Below are positions 13,333 to 23,998 of a stretch of 64,000 nucleotides of DNA, piece by piece. This DNA comes from Octopus sinensis (lineage: Eukaryota): contig NC_043019.1 of assembly GCF_006345805.1 (NCBI RefSeq), positions 3,954,605-4,018,604 on the forward strand. The letters run 5' to 3'. Below the pieces are notes generated by a model. It ran no database searches and had not been told where the DNA came from. It saw nothing but the letters and a program-made list of their open reading frames with translations. How positions within the stretch are numbered: position 1 is the first letter of the stretch; the number at the start of each line of letters is the position of its first letter. Position numbers and translations under genes: made by a program.

Positions 13333-13527
13333 AATCAAAATAAGCAACAAGGATATCCAAAGTAGTGTAGTACAATCGCTTCATGCTACTTCATTTTATT
13401 AAACACTGTAAGTATTACATCAGTCGTGCAATCTTCAGTCACATATAGAATTTTTTAATAAAATGAAGTAGCATGAAACGATTGTACTACACTACCTTGG
13501 ATATCCTTGTTGCTTATTTTGATTATA
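13330..13527. repeat. Hairpin-type inverted repeat, arms about 74 bp (13330-13403 / 13454-13527)
   Basis: The right arm's reverse complement matches the left arm with about 2 substitutions and one 1-nt indel. Confidence 0.9.
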
Positions 13528-13809
13528 ATCACCCCATTTGATTTATATGGATAATAGCATACCAAATTTTGGTGCCTTTAACTAAAGTACCATATTCATC
13601 TGAAACTAAATTTTGCTGAACATATATATATATACATATATAATGTATACAAATTATATATATATGTATATAAATACAGATATATACACTTTGTATATAT
13701 ACATTATATATACATATTTATATATAGAACACACACACACACTCACACACACACACTTATATAAATTAACCCAATAAATATCTGATTCATAATATTTGTT
13801 CTCATGATT

Positions 13810-13898
13810 GTGTGGTGCATGTGGCGATGTGTGGTGCATGTGGCAATGTGTGGTGCATGTGGCGATGTGTGGTGCATGTGGCGATGTGTGGTGCATGT
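13810..13898. repeat. 19-bp minisatellite (gtgtggtgcatgtggcgat), about 4.5 copies
   Basis: Direct tandem units. Confidence 0.85.
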
Positions 13899-14719
13899 GT
13901 TCTCTCTATGAATACAGACAGGTGTAGAGAGAGAGAGTGTGAAAGCGCTGTCGAATACGGTGGGGTAAGATATAGGACGCTGTGAAACGACGTTATAGAG
14001 AGAACGTGAAGGGAAAGGAGGAAAGAGAGAGACACGGAGGAAGACAGATACATAAAAGAATGAGAGGAGACTTGTCAAAGTGTGCTTTTTTTTGCCCTAC
14101 CAACGACACCTTTTAAGGTAGGGATTTCTAATCTAGCCCAGTCTCATCCTCACCTCATTTTAGATGGCACTGTAAATTTTGGAGTCAATCCGACGGGATC
14201 TAGTGCCCTTTAACCCGTTCCAATGCCAAAACCAGACAAACAAACTTTTTGCATTTCATAATTATAGATATTGATATATATATATCATATGTAACGGATA
14301 ATGCATATGCTGGAAGGCAAAGATGATGTTGATTTCACGAAAGAAAAAACAATGGCCAAAGTTGTAAATAACATATTTATTTTTCCATTACATATAATTA
14401 AAACCAAACCACGACGGGCAGACGTGTATAAAAACAGTTGGATAGCATACGAGGTAACAAGAGTTATATTTTCTTGAGAAATGTGGATAGCGTTCGACTT
14501 ACTTATTCTCTGTCGATCGAGCAGCCGTGAGTAAGAAAGTAAGATACAGGACAACTGCATCGTTGGTGAATTCCATAGCTGTCCCTCTATGACGTTCTGT
14601 GGAGACGGTATTTGGAACCGGTCGGCCTGCTCTTTGTCTGTTGTCTCCCCAAATGTTTGTATTTATAGTAATATACTTGTCTACTCTAGGGGCTAGTAAA
14701 AAAAAAAAGAGAGGACAAA

Positions 14720-15097
14720 TGAGGATAGACAAACAGATTAAGTCGATTATATCGACCCCCAGTGCGTAACTGGTACTTAATTTATCGACCCCGAAAGGAC
14801 GAAAGACAAAGTCGACCTCGGCGGAATTTGAACTCAGAACGTAACGACAGACGAAATACTTATTTCTATTTCTTTATTGCCCACAAGGGGCTGAACACAG
14901 AGGGGACAAACAAGGACAGACATAGGTATTAAGTCGATTACATCGACCCCAGTGCGTAACTGGTACTTAATTTATCGACCCAGAAAGGATGAAAGACAAA
15001 GTCGATCTCGGCGGAATTTGAACTCAGAACGTAACAACAGACGAAATACCGCTCAGCATTTCGCCCGGCGTGCTAAGGTTTCTGCCAGCTCGCCGCC
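14720..15097 (-). mobile_element. SINE (family with head ggcggcgagctggcagaa), with partial tandem duplication
   Basis: Contains gtcgacctcggcggaatttgaactcagaacgtaa. Family members also at about 19693-19922, 28660-28840, 35097-35515, 56115-56328 and 61730-61910. Confidence 0.8.
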
Positions 15098-15214
15098 TTA
15101 TTTATAGCAATATACACAGCAGTTACACGGATGTACACACCGTTGTGAACAAAGGGTGGATGGATGTAGGTCGACCCTTATCGTACGTGAACTTTTTATG
15201 ATACTCACGGTTCA

Positions 15215-16420
15215 CAGGTCAAGAGGGAAATATCTTTATCATGATTTCCTTATTGACAGAACAAAAAGTGGAATGGCAAAAGAGAAGTTTTAGATTCGAT
15301 TTTGAGGAAGAGAAATTCAGCTTCTACAACACCCACCTTCTAGTGAGAGGGTTAAAAATCGAACGATACAGTTTCTTGTGAAGTTATGACTGCATATGTG
15401 TTTCAAGAAAAATGCAGAAAATGTATAAACAGTCATTTAGAAACGAATAAATACTTGTTAAAAACAGGTCAAGAGAGTGTAATAGTTCATGCAGGCTTGG
15501 CGTGGATTCGATCCTTGATCGCCAAATTTAATTTAACAGTTCAACAGCACTTTTCTCACGGCAAAACAATGGTTTTTCTGTGAGTGACAGCAGTTACATT
15601 TGCCAGATACCATCGCTAAGCAACGAAATCTATTTTTCTCAACAATGTGTCTATCCTTCTGTCTGGTTTTGGATAGTTATAAAAACAAGAACTCCGCAAG
15701 CGAAAGTCAGTTAGTGAGAACCGAGTCTGGCTGACCGGCTGAACAAACTCACCAACGAAGGAGTTGTTTCGTCCCACCACTCTCCCTTTCACTAACTCAC
15801 CTTCTTTTCTTTGTAACATTACCATCTCTCTCTATATATACTACTATGAGATCGTGTACACACCTACCGGCCGAAATTAATCTCTTTTTACCTTGCATGC
15901 TTTTCTATTTAACCAGTTATACATACCAACCTGTCGTGGTTTTGGATATATATTAATGTAAAGGTAAATAAATATCTCATTACAACTTCAATCTCTGTTC
16001 TTCTCCCATTTTGCACACAGGCAACCAACACCTTAACAATAACCGTTACAATTGCTGACCCCCGACTGCAACGAAGTACTAACCGTTACAAGAGGGAAAT
16101 ACCTTAATCATGGTTCCCTTATTGACAGAACCATAGGTCGAATGGCAAGAGAGAAGTTTTAGATTGGAACTTCGATTCTCAACCAGGAAGAGAAAATCAG
16201 TTCCTACAACTCTCACCTTCTAGTGAGAGAGTTAAAAATCGAATGATACAGGTGCTTGTGAAGTTATGACTGCATATGTGTTTCAGGGAAAATTCAGAAA
16301 AGGGATATACAGTCATTCACAAACGAATGAATACTTGTCAAAAACAGGTCACGAGAGAAATACATTAATCATGGTTCCCTTATGGAGAGAACAATAAGTG
16401 GAATGGCAAGAGAGAAGTTA
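15215..16420. repeat. About 260-bp unit present twice (15215-15475 and 16085-16420)
   Basis: Direct repeats bounded by acaggtca(a/c)gag(a/g)g. Not assigned to a family. Confidence 0.75.
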
Positions 16421-16469
16421 GTCATCATCAGTAGATGTTTTGGGTTTAGCACAAAAAATAGGTGGGCGT

Positions 16470-16883
16470 CAAAAGTGTTCTGTATGTTCTCATGAAAAAC
16501 TATCTCTTAAAAAACTTCGAGTACCTCCATTGAATACATAAATTCGTGGAACAATTCCGACATTTGGGACGCTTGACTGGTCTGTAGAAGAAATCCACTG
16601 CATAGACATTAACACCCGCAAGGTTCTGGATGTCAACCAGAAATCTCCACAGAAATTGTGATGTCGACAGGTTTCTCTACCTGGGAAGAGATGAAGGAGG
16701 TAGGCGTTTGAGATCCGTGCATACAGCATTTGAAATGTCACATAGTCTGTCTGATAGCACTTGCTAAGCAACACTATAAACACTAGAGAGATAAAGGAAA
16801 GATATGCGCAGAAAGTGATAGACAGATAGATAGATGTGGATAGAGTGCCCTTGACTGTGGTGAGGGGAATCATGTCAGATGAA

Positions 16884-16946
<63 letters not shown>

Positions 16947-17481
16947 GAAAATAAACAGAGGGAATGGAGCGAGATAGAGAGAATAAAGGGCAACGACTCA
17001 ACAGCATGTGACTAACAAATTATATAGAACACTTGAGTCGATAAAGTAATTAGACTGTAAATGAGAGGGGGAAATTATCTACCTCGATATTCATTCAGTT
17101 TATAGTTTTAGTGAAGAAATGAGGGAGAAAAATTCGGTTTTTCCACATTTTTATCAACCGCTGTTGTCGTTAAAAATTGGAGAAGATAACTTATCTAGGC
17201 ACATTGGATTATATAGCCATAGATACACAGTGTTTTAAAATAAGAGGTGGTGGTCACAGCTAAGACGTCTATTTGAACATATGGGTCTGCTTGTTCAGGA
17301 TTGAAGGGAGTTTAAAGGACATCAACGTCAGGAGCAGGTGATTATTATTTTAAATATCTTTTATTTGTTTCAGTCGCTGTGGCCATGCTGTACACTTCCC
17401 CTCAAAATAGCATAGAAATGTCAGTTCAATAGCCATTTTGTAAGCCTTGCAGTGAGCGTGTGTGTGAGAGAGAGAGAGAGG

Positions 17482-17540
<59 letters not shown>

Positions 17541-18130
17541 TGGGGGAGGGAGAAATTTGCAAACAATGAATGAAATAAACATGAAACGGAAAAGTCGTAT
17601 AAATAAAAGGGCCTTACTACAGATGTATACGCCCCCGATTTTGTTGCCCCATGATATCACAGCTAAGACGTCTATTTGAACCTATGGGTCTGCTTGTTCG
17701 GGATTGAAGGGAGTTTAAAGGACATCAACATCAGGAGCAGGTGATTATTATTTTAAATATCTTTTATTTGTTTCAGTCATTGGACCGCGACCATGTTGTA
17801 CACACAAAACACCATATTCCAACCACGCCTACCCCCCTCTGGTAGGCAACATCCTCTCTCCTCCAACATGGACTAACTCCAACAGGGAGATGGATGAAGC
17901 TCTACCACAGTGGGGAGAGAGCTGGGTTTGTCAGTTCCGGTTAGAGGGGAGGATAGACAGAAACAGAGAGTGTGGGACAATCTGCATTCAGGTGCCACTT
18001 TCAACTCTCACTCCTTAATCAATCTGATCAATTTTCAAGGGATCGCCTACTCTCTGCTGGTGCAAAATTCTCGGGGGACTCGATTGATGCTCTGCCTGCG
18101 TCCAACATTGGAGATCAACTCCCACACATT
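16470..18130. repeat. Upstream flank of duplication unit 2, homologous to 6420-7915 (inverted) and 51040-53320 (direct); includes a CRE relic at 17810-18130 (+)
   Basis: Colinear blocks. RDRLLSAGAKFSGDSIDALPASNIG matches the CRE-type ARLL..AP.SG.WL.ALP...LG motif. Confidence 0.8.
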
Positions 18131-18689
18131 CATTCATTGCCTTTCATTTGTTTGTATGTATATCAATGTGTGTGCGCGAGTGTGTCACTGTTGAAGTCGC
18201 ACGTGTGTCGCGAGTGTGTCAATGTTGGCTTAGTGGTACAAAGTGTTTGGAAACTGAGAATACGATGCAAGTTTCAAGTACATGTCGGTAACTTCTTTCT
18301 CCTTATCTTCTAATAGTAATCACCCAACTTTCTCTCTCGTCTCACAGCTATCCCGCGTTCAAAAACTGTACAGCTATTTTTTTTTTAATTTTCATTCAAT
18401 AGATAATTAATTACGTACACATTAATAGAATAATAAATGATCTTTTCTACTCTTGGAACAAGGCCCGAAATTTTTGGGGAAGGGGGCCAGTCGATTAGAT
18501 CGATCACAGTGCGCAACTGGTATTTAATTCATCTTACCGACCCCGAAAGCATGAAAGGCAAAGTCGACCTCGGCGGAATTTGAACTCAGACAGACAGACA
18601 CACATTCCCAATTTTATATATCAAGATTTCAGCTTTCTGAATAGAGTCGTTATTAGACAGTTTCACCACGCGAGACCACGACCATCTAA

Positions 18690-18833
<144 letters not shown>

Positions 18834-18974
18834 AATATATATAGAAAAACAAAGAGGAAGACAGCTGCAAAACAGACAGTGAAGACATATAGGTTCGGGG
18901 TGGGGGCTACCGCAGTGGCGTCTCAGTCCTGTTCAGACTTCAGTTCCTACTCTTAGTGCGATGGATATGTGGAG

Positions 18975-19680
18975 TTCATCTAGACTGAGTAGACCCCCAA
19001 TGTTGGCCACAGGCAAGGCATCAATCCAGTCCCCTGAGAATTTTGCACAAGCTGAAAGTAGGCGACACCTTGAAAATTAATCAGATTGATCAAGGAGAAA
19101 GTTGAGAGAGGCACCTAAATGCTGATTGTCCCATATTCTCTGTTTCTGTCTATCCTCCACTCTAACCGGAACTGACAAACCCAGCTCTCTCCCCACTGTG
19201 ATAGAGCTTCATCCATCTCCCTGTTGGAAATAATCCACGTTGGAGAGGAGAGGCTGTTTCCCAGCGAAGGGGAGCAAACATGGATGGAGGAAAGAAAGAA
19301 GGAGAGAGATAAAGCCAAGCACTTGCGGAGACCCAGACCACCAAACCTTTTGTGCAAAGCAGCTTAATTGCAGGAGTCTGGAAGGAGTTTGACATTGACC
19401 AAGCATTCAAATTTCCCGAAGCATTCAAATCTCGCAGTCAGTGGTCCGACCCCACCAAACATCTCGAACGTCACAGGATCGAAAATGTATTTGGCCGACA
19501 GATCGCGATGTTTCAGGATTTTGTTCCACTCGGTCGCAGAAGCTGTGGATCTCATCATGACCGCAGCATCCAGAATGCGAGAAGAAGCAAATGAGTCGCT
19601 AACTGTGACATCCTAGACAAGTCATCTGCCTTGCGACCAGGAGCACAGGGTGAGGCCGTCAGGTCTCTTCCCATCAGACT
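18975..19680 (-). mobile_element. CRE-type non-LTR retrotransposon relic (endonuclease piece and RT C-terminal piece)
   Basis: DGKRPDGLTLCSW...ATEWNKILKHRDL...FDPVTFEMFGGVGP at 19440-19680; KRFGGLGLRKCLALSLSFFLSS at 19270-19357. Confidence 0.7.
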
Positions 19681-20856
19681 ATATATATATATATTTATTT
19701 ATTGCCCACAAGGGGCTAAACATAGAGGGGACAAACAAGGACAGACGAAGGGATTAAGTCGATTACATCGACTCCAGTGCATAACTGGTACTTAATTTAT
19801 CGACCTCGAAAGGATAGAAGGCAAAGTCGACCTCGGCGGAATTTGAACTCAGAACGTAAAGACAGACGAAATACCGCTATGCATTTCGCCCGGAGTGCTA
19901 ACGTTTCTGCCAGCTCGCCGCCTATATATAGATACAGATATACTCTTTTACTCTTTTACTTGTTTCAGTCATTTGACTGCGGCCATGCTGGAGCACCGCC
20001 TTTAGTCGAGCAAATCGACCACGGGACTTATTCTTTGTAAGCCCAGTACTTATTCTATCGGTCTCTTTTGCCGAAGCACTAAGTGACGGGGACGTAAACA
20101 CACCAGCATCGGTTGTCAAGCGATGTTGTGTGTGTGTGTGGGGGGGGGGAACACAGACACACAAACATATACACACACACACACATATATATACATATAT
20201 ACAACAGGCTTCTTTCAGTTTCCATCTACCAAATCCACTCACAAGGCTTTGGTCGGCCCGAGGCTATAGCAGAAGACACTTGCCCAAGATGCCACGCAGT
20301 GGGACTGAACCCGGAACCGTGTGGTTTGTTAGCAAGCTACTTACCACACAGCCACATAGATATAGATACTATATATAGATACACGTACACTCAGAATGAA
20401 ACATTATCTCGTGTTCATTTTTGGGCAATAATACTTTACACTCGAGTGTATTTACACTAGATAAATATCACCGTCTCCTTCTCTTTGTCTGTCTCTCTCT
20501 CTCTGTCTCTGACTGTCTGTCTTTCTGTCTCACTCTCTTTCTCTTTCTCTCTCTCACTCTGCCTCTCTCCATTTGTAGAATTGTGCAAATATACTGATAT
20601 CTCATATCTCATATTTTAACCTGTGTGAAATTCCAGTTGCGTGTACTTCCATCCCCATTATCAATGCTGATACACGCATACACGCACGCACACACACGAA
20701 CATACAAGTATGCACACGCACACATGAGCACACGTACATATAGTCGTACATTCACACATGCATATATACATACACACACACACCTATACATACATACACA
20801 CATACATACATACATACTACATACGTACATACATACATACATACATACATACATAC

Positions 20857-21367
20857 CATTAGAATTTTTCTTCTGCCCTTATCTTGTAAATTATTTATAA
20901 ATTTAACCTTTAAAGGTATTTTTTGATATGCTGGCCAATGATAAAAAATTTTTCCCGAAAAAAATTTTATCCTACATTAGTTATAAATTGAATAGTGTTC
21001 ACTTCCGGATTCTATCCCTCTGTGAAAGTTTCTAGTTCGAATCACACGTGTCTCGAGATGTGTCGAAGATTTTTCTATTTTGGATATATTTGGGGTACTT
21101 AGTTCTGCTCGGGACTTAGTGCTTGCTTTTTCCATGGGTATGAGTTAGTATTTCACTTATATCTCGCGTATTTGCCGCTGAAGAGGGGAAAATTTCTTAC
21201 GAATTAACCCCGAAATTGGACCGATACGGTAATAACGAATTTTTTAGAGATTTCTATCGGTTTGTTTCGAGACACATAAATTATAATGGTTTATTGACAA
21301 TTATTGTCTTTTTTTCGGCATATTTGGCATTAGAATTTTTCTTTTGCTCTTATCTTGTAAATTATTT

Positions 21368-21370
<3 letters not shown>
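20857..21370 (+). mobile_element. Hammerhead-bearing Penelope/retrozyme-like element, 471-bp unit with 43-bp direct terminal repeats
   Basis: Direct repeats at 20857-20899 and 21328-21370 (2 mismatches) flank a unit containing an intact hammerhead fold. Confidence 0.65.
21172..21232 (+). ncRNA. Type I hammerhead ribozyme, predicted cleavage after 21226 (AUA)
   Basis: Stem I UUGCCG/CGGUAA; core CUGAAGA at 21178-21184; stem II GGGG/CCCC; GAAA at 21212-21215; stem III AUUG/CGAU with a GAC loop. Confidence 0.8.
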
Positions 21371-21452
<82 letters not shown>

Positions 21453-21984
21453 CTATATAAATATATGCATATATAAATACATATATGTACATATCTACAT
21501 ATATATGTGTATATACATGCATCTATGGGCACAGGACATCAAACAAACCTAGACACAATGAGAAACGAGAGCATAAAAAACAAAAAAAACATAGAAAAAG
21601 AACTTTTTTCGAACAACGAAAAAAACAAACAGAGAAACGAGACATGCGACATAAAGAACATTCCCTTCATCAGTTGTCCCCTGTTTTATCTACACCACGA
21701 TTCGAAGGTAAGGACAAGATGCGACTTCATTAAAACAGTCCTTCCCGCAAGGCAAATTAAATTATAATTTGGGATTTTTTGTGGAGGGTGAAAGTGGTAA
21801 CAAAAGCAGGACAGTGAGAACAAAACAGTAACAACAACTGGTGAGGGTTGTTAAGCCAAGACGATGTAAAGTGGTGATCGCTGGAAAATGGGCTTTGAGA
21901 AGAGACAGATAAAAGCACTTCTTGTCTTTAGGAAGGAAGTGGAAGAAAGAGAGAATGGCCGTTGGTCACGTGTGAGCAACGAGA

Positions 21985-22560
21985 ATGTCAAGGAGGAAGA
22001 GTGAGAGAGAGGGAGAACGGTGAAGAGGAAAGGAGAAGAATAGGGCATGGGTGGGAGAGAAAAACAGAAAGAAAGAACAAGAGAGGGAGATAGATAGACA
22101 GAAAATTTTGTAGGGCATCCCCATGGTCCAACGTCCTGCCCCCTCCGAACAATGCAGCAAAGTGCTTGTGAAAGACCTTGCACATTGCCCTTCGATTTCC
22201 TGTCCATGTTCATTTGTCACAGACCTAATTGTAGCATCCACGCCACGTTGAATTTCTACCGAGCGAACCCACCCGGTAACGTTGATACCCTCGCCACCCA
22301 ATGCACGTACCTTAGCCCGAACTCTGCATCCTTCGTGTTTCACATTACATTGAGGTGTCGGTCTAAGGCCGATCTCGCCGCTAAAATTTGGGATGCAGAG
22401 CCCACCCTCAGCGCCTCTTCTAATGCCTTAACTAAGCTTCTTTCTACTCTCTTCTTCTCTAAACTTAACTGTTTACTAAATCTAACTGACTCAGTACAAA
22501 TGGCTCTTTTGAGGGCTCCTCACCACCAGTTATTTAACACAGTGCCGGTCTCTTCAAGGA
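21985..22560 (-). mobile_element. L1/Tx1-like LINE ORF2 fragment
   Basis: ALDRHL...HEGCRVRAKVRALGGEG...VEIQRG...IRSV resembles the region between endonuclease and RT in Tx1-like elements. Confidence 0.5.
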
Positions 22561-23204
22561 CTGTTTGCAAACACTTTTGTCCTGTTGTAGAAAGACCCCA
22601 TGCCAGACATTATATATCCAACAAAACATTACACATTTTATATAACTTAAATGAGTTTTCTGATAATGTGAGAATAGCATATATCCCCATGGATCTGGGA
22701 TAGCTAACTTCAAAGTTAGGGTTACATATATTATGTGTATTATATTATATTATTGGGTATATTATCGAGGTATATTATCTGAGAAGAGCTTTTAGACAAC
22801 TTATGAAAGCAATTGACAGGAAGTATAAGCCTACAGTTAGACTTCTGGAAGTTCAGCCTAATGGATGGTGTGAGTAACATACCTGTGTCACACAACACAC
22901 ACATACAATGGGTTTCTTTCGGTTCCGGTCGACCAAATCTACTCACAATACTTTGGTTCAGGCTGAGGCAATAGTAGAAGATACTTGCCCAAGGTGTCAT
23001 GCTATAGGACAGAACCCTCACTCTATATAATTGAGAAACTAACGTCTTGACCATCGAGTTATTCGTAGGTAATTTACTCACTTCTAAGAATCCAGTCCAA
23101 CACCTACTTTAATTTTCAAAGGATTAAGGATTCGTTTTTAGAATCTTCTTGCTTCTGCTCTTAATGACCTGTAGGGACACTATATATCTTTAAGCAACCG
23201 CAAT

Positions 23205-23818
23205 ATACAACAAAATATATTAAATGCTTTTATAAGTCAATACTGTTTTCTCCTGTGTTAGCAGTACTATTAAATCACACGTTAAAGTCATCTCTAAAGA
23301 TTTCCTTAAGAAATTATAGCCAGCACTCATTTGCTTCAGATACAAAAATGTCATAATAAACCACTGCTGGTTACAATTTTCTCCTGAAAATCTAAAGAGA
23401 TAACCGTAACGAGCTCTTACTTTTGTTTCCAGTCATACTAATGTTTTTTGGTTTCAGTTTCAAAGATGTAAAGAAAACTTCCAAGATATCCAGCACGACC
23501 ATTACTCATTTTACTCTTGATCTAACAAAATCAGTTCCTTGATTAATTAACAATCTATCTGGGACACAAGCAATTCAACAGCAGAATCCTCTACGACTTC
23601 TTCGAACCCTCCATCATCTGCAAGTGTCCCATCACCTAAGTTTGATGTAGACTTTGTTCTTGTAGAAAATTTATAAAATTTTATTTTTTCTAAGCATCAT
23701 ACATAGTTGAGGGTTCCACTTTATCCCATGACACAACAATTATCTCTTCTGTTTATCTTCACCAGAATTCCAGCTTTTGAAAATTCAGAAAGACGAAAGA
23801 AATTTCTAAATTATCAGT
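23205..23818 (+). promoter_or_regulatory. Conserved 5' leader block of copy 2, with 3' splice sites at 23457 and 23765 and upstream ATGs
   Basis: Branch-like TACTAAT then ttttttggtttcag|. A second pyrimidine tract ends caccag|. ATGTAA at 23466, ATGTAG at 23645, out-of-frame ATG at 23728. Confidence 0.55.
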
Positions 23819-23998
23819 ATGGCAACACCATATCGATTACCCCCCAATTACATGAGACAGCAAGGCAATAATGGCAGACACTTTGTTGGACGACATGATG
23901 AGAGGGAAAAACTGAAGATCTTGATCAAGGATGAAGATACTCAAATAATACAAGTTTATGGACTGCCTTATGTTGGCAAAACAAGTCTTGTGAAAACT
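23819..23998 (+). CDS. Copy 2 exon 1 (FVGR motif and Walker A)
   Basis: In-frame TAA at 23807 upstream of the ATG; donor ACT|gtaaga. Confidence 0.9.

Noticed and set aside
15616-15825. 69-aa ORF in the unique central island
   Set aside because: No recognisable motif or supporting splice structure; length is compatible with chance.
21640-21690. CUGAUGA on the minus strand as another hammerhead
   Set aside because: No stem II closure or downstream GAAA.
23458-23680. Ser/Thr/Pro-rich frames in the leader as an N-terminal coding exon
   Set aside because: All three frames contain stops conserved in all copies, and no good donor/acceptor pair joins them in frame to the main ORF.
23819-23881. N/Q/G-rich N-terminus (NYMRQQGNNGRH) as an amyloid signalling motif like those of fungal NLRs
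   Set aside because: Only about 12 residues, preceded by prolines, and no RHIM/PP-type hydrophobic-Q-hydrophobic-G pattern. Too weak without a matching effector.
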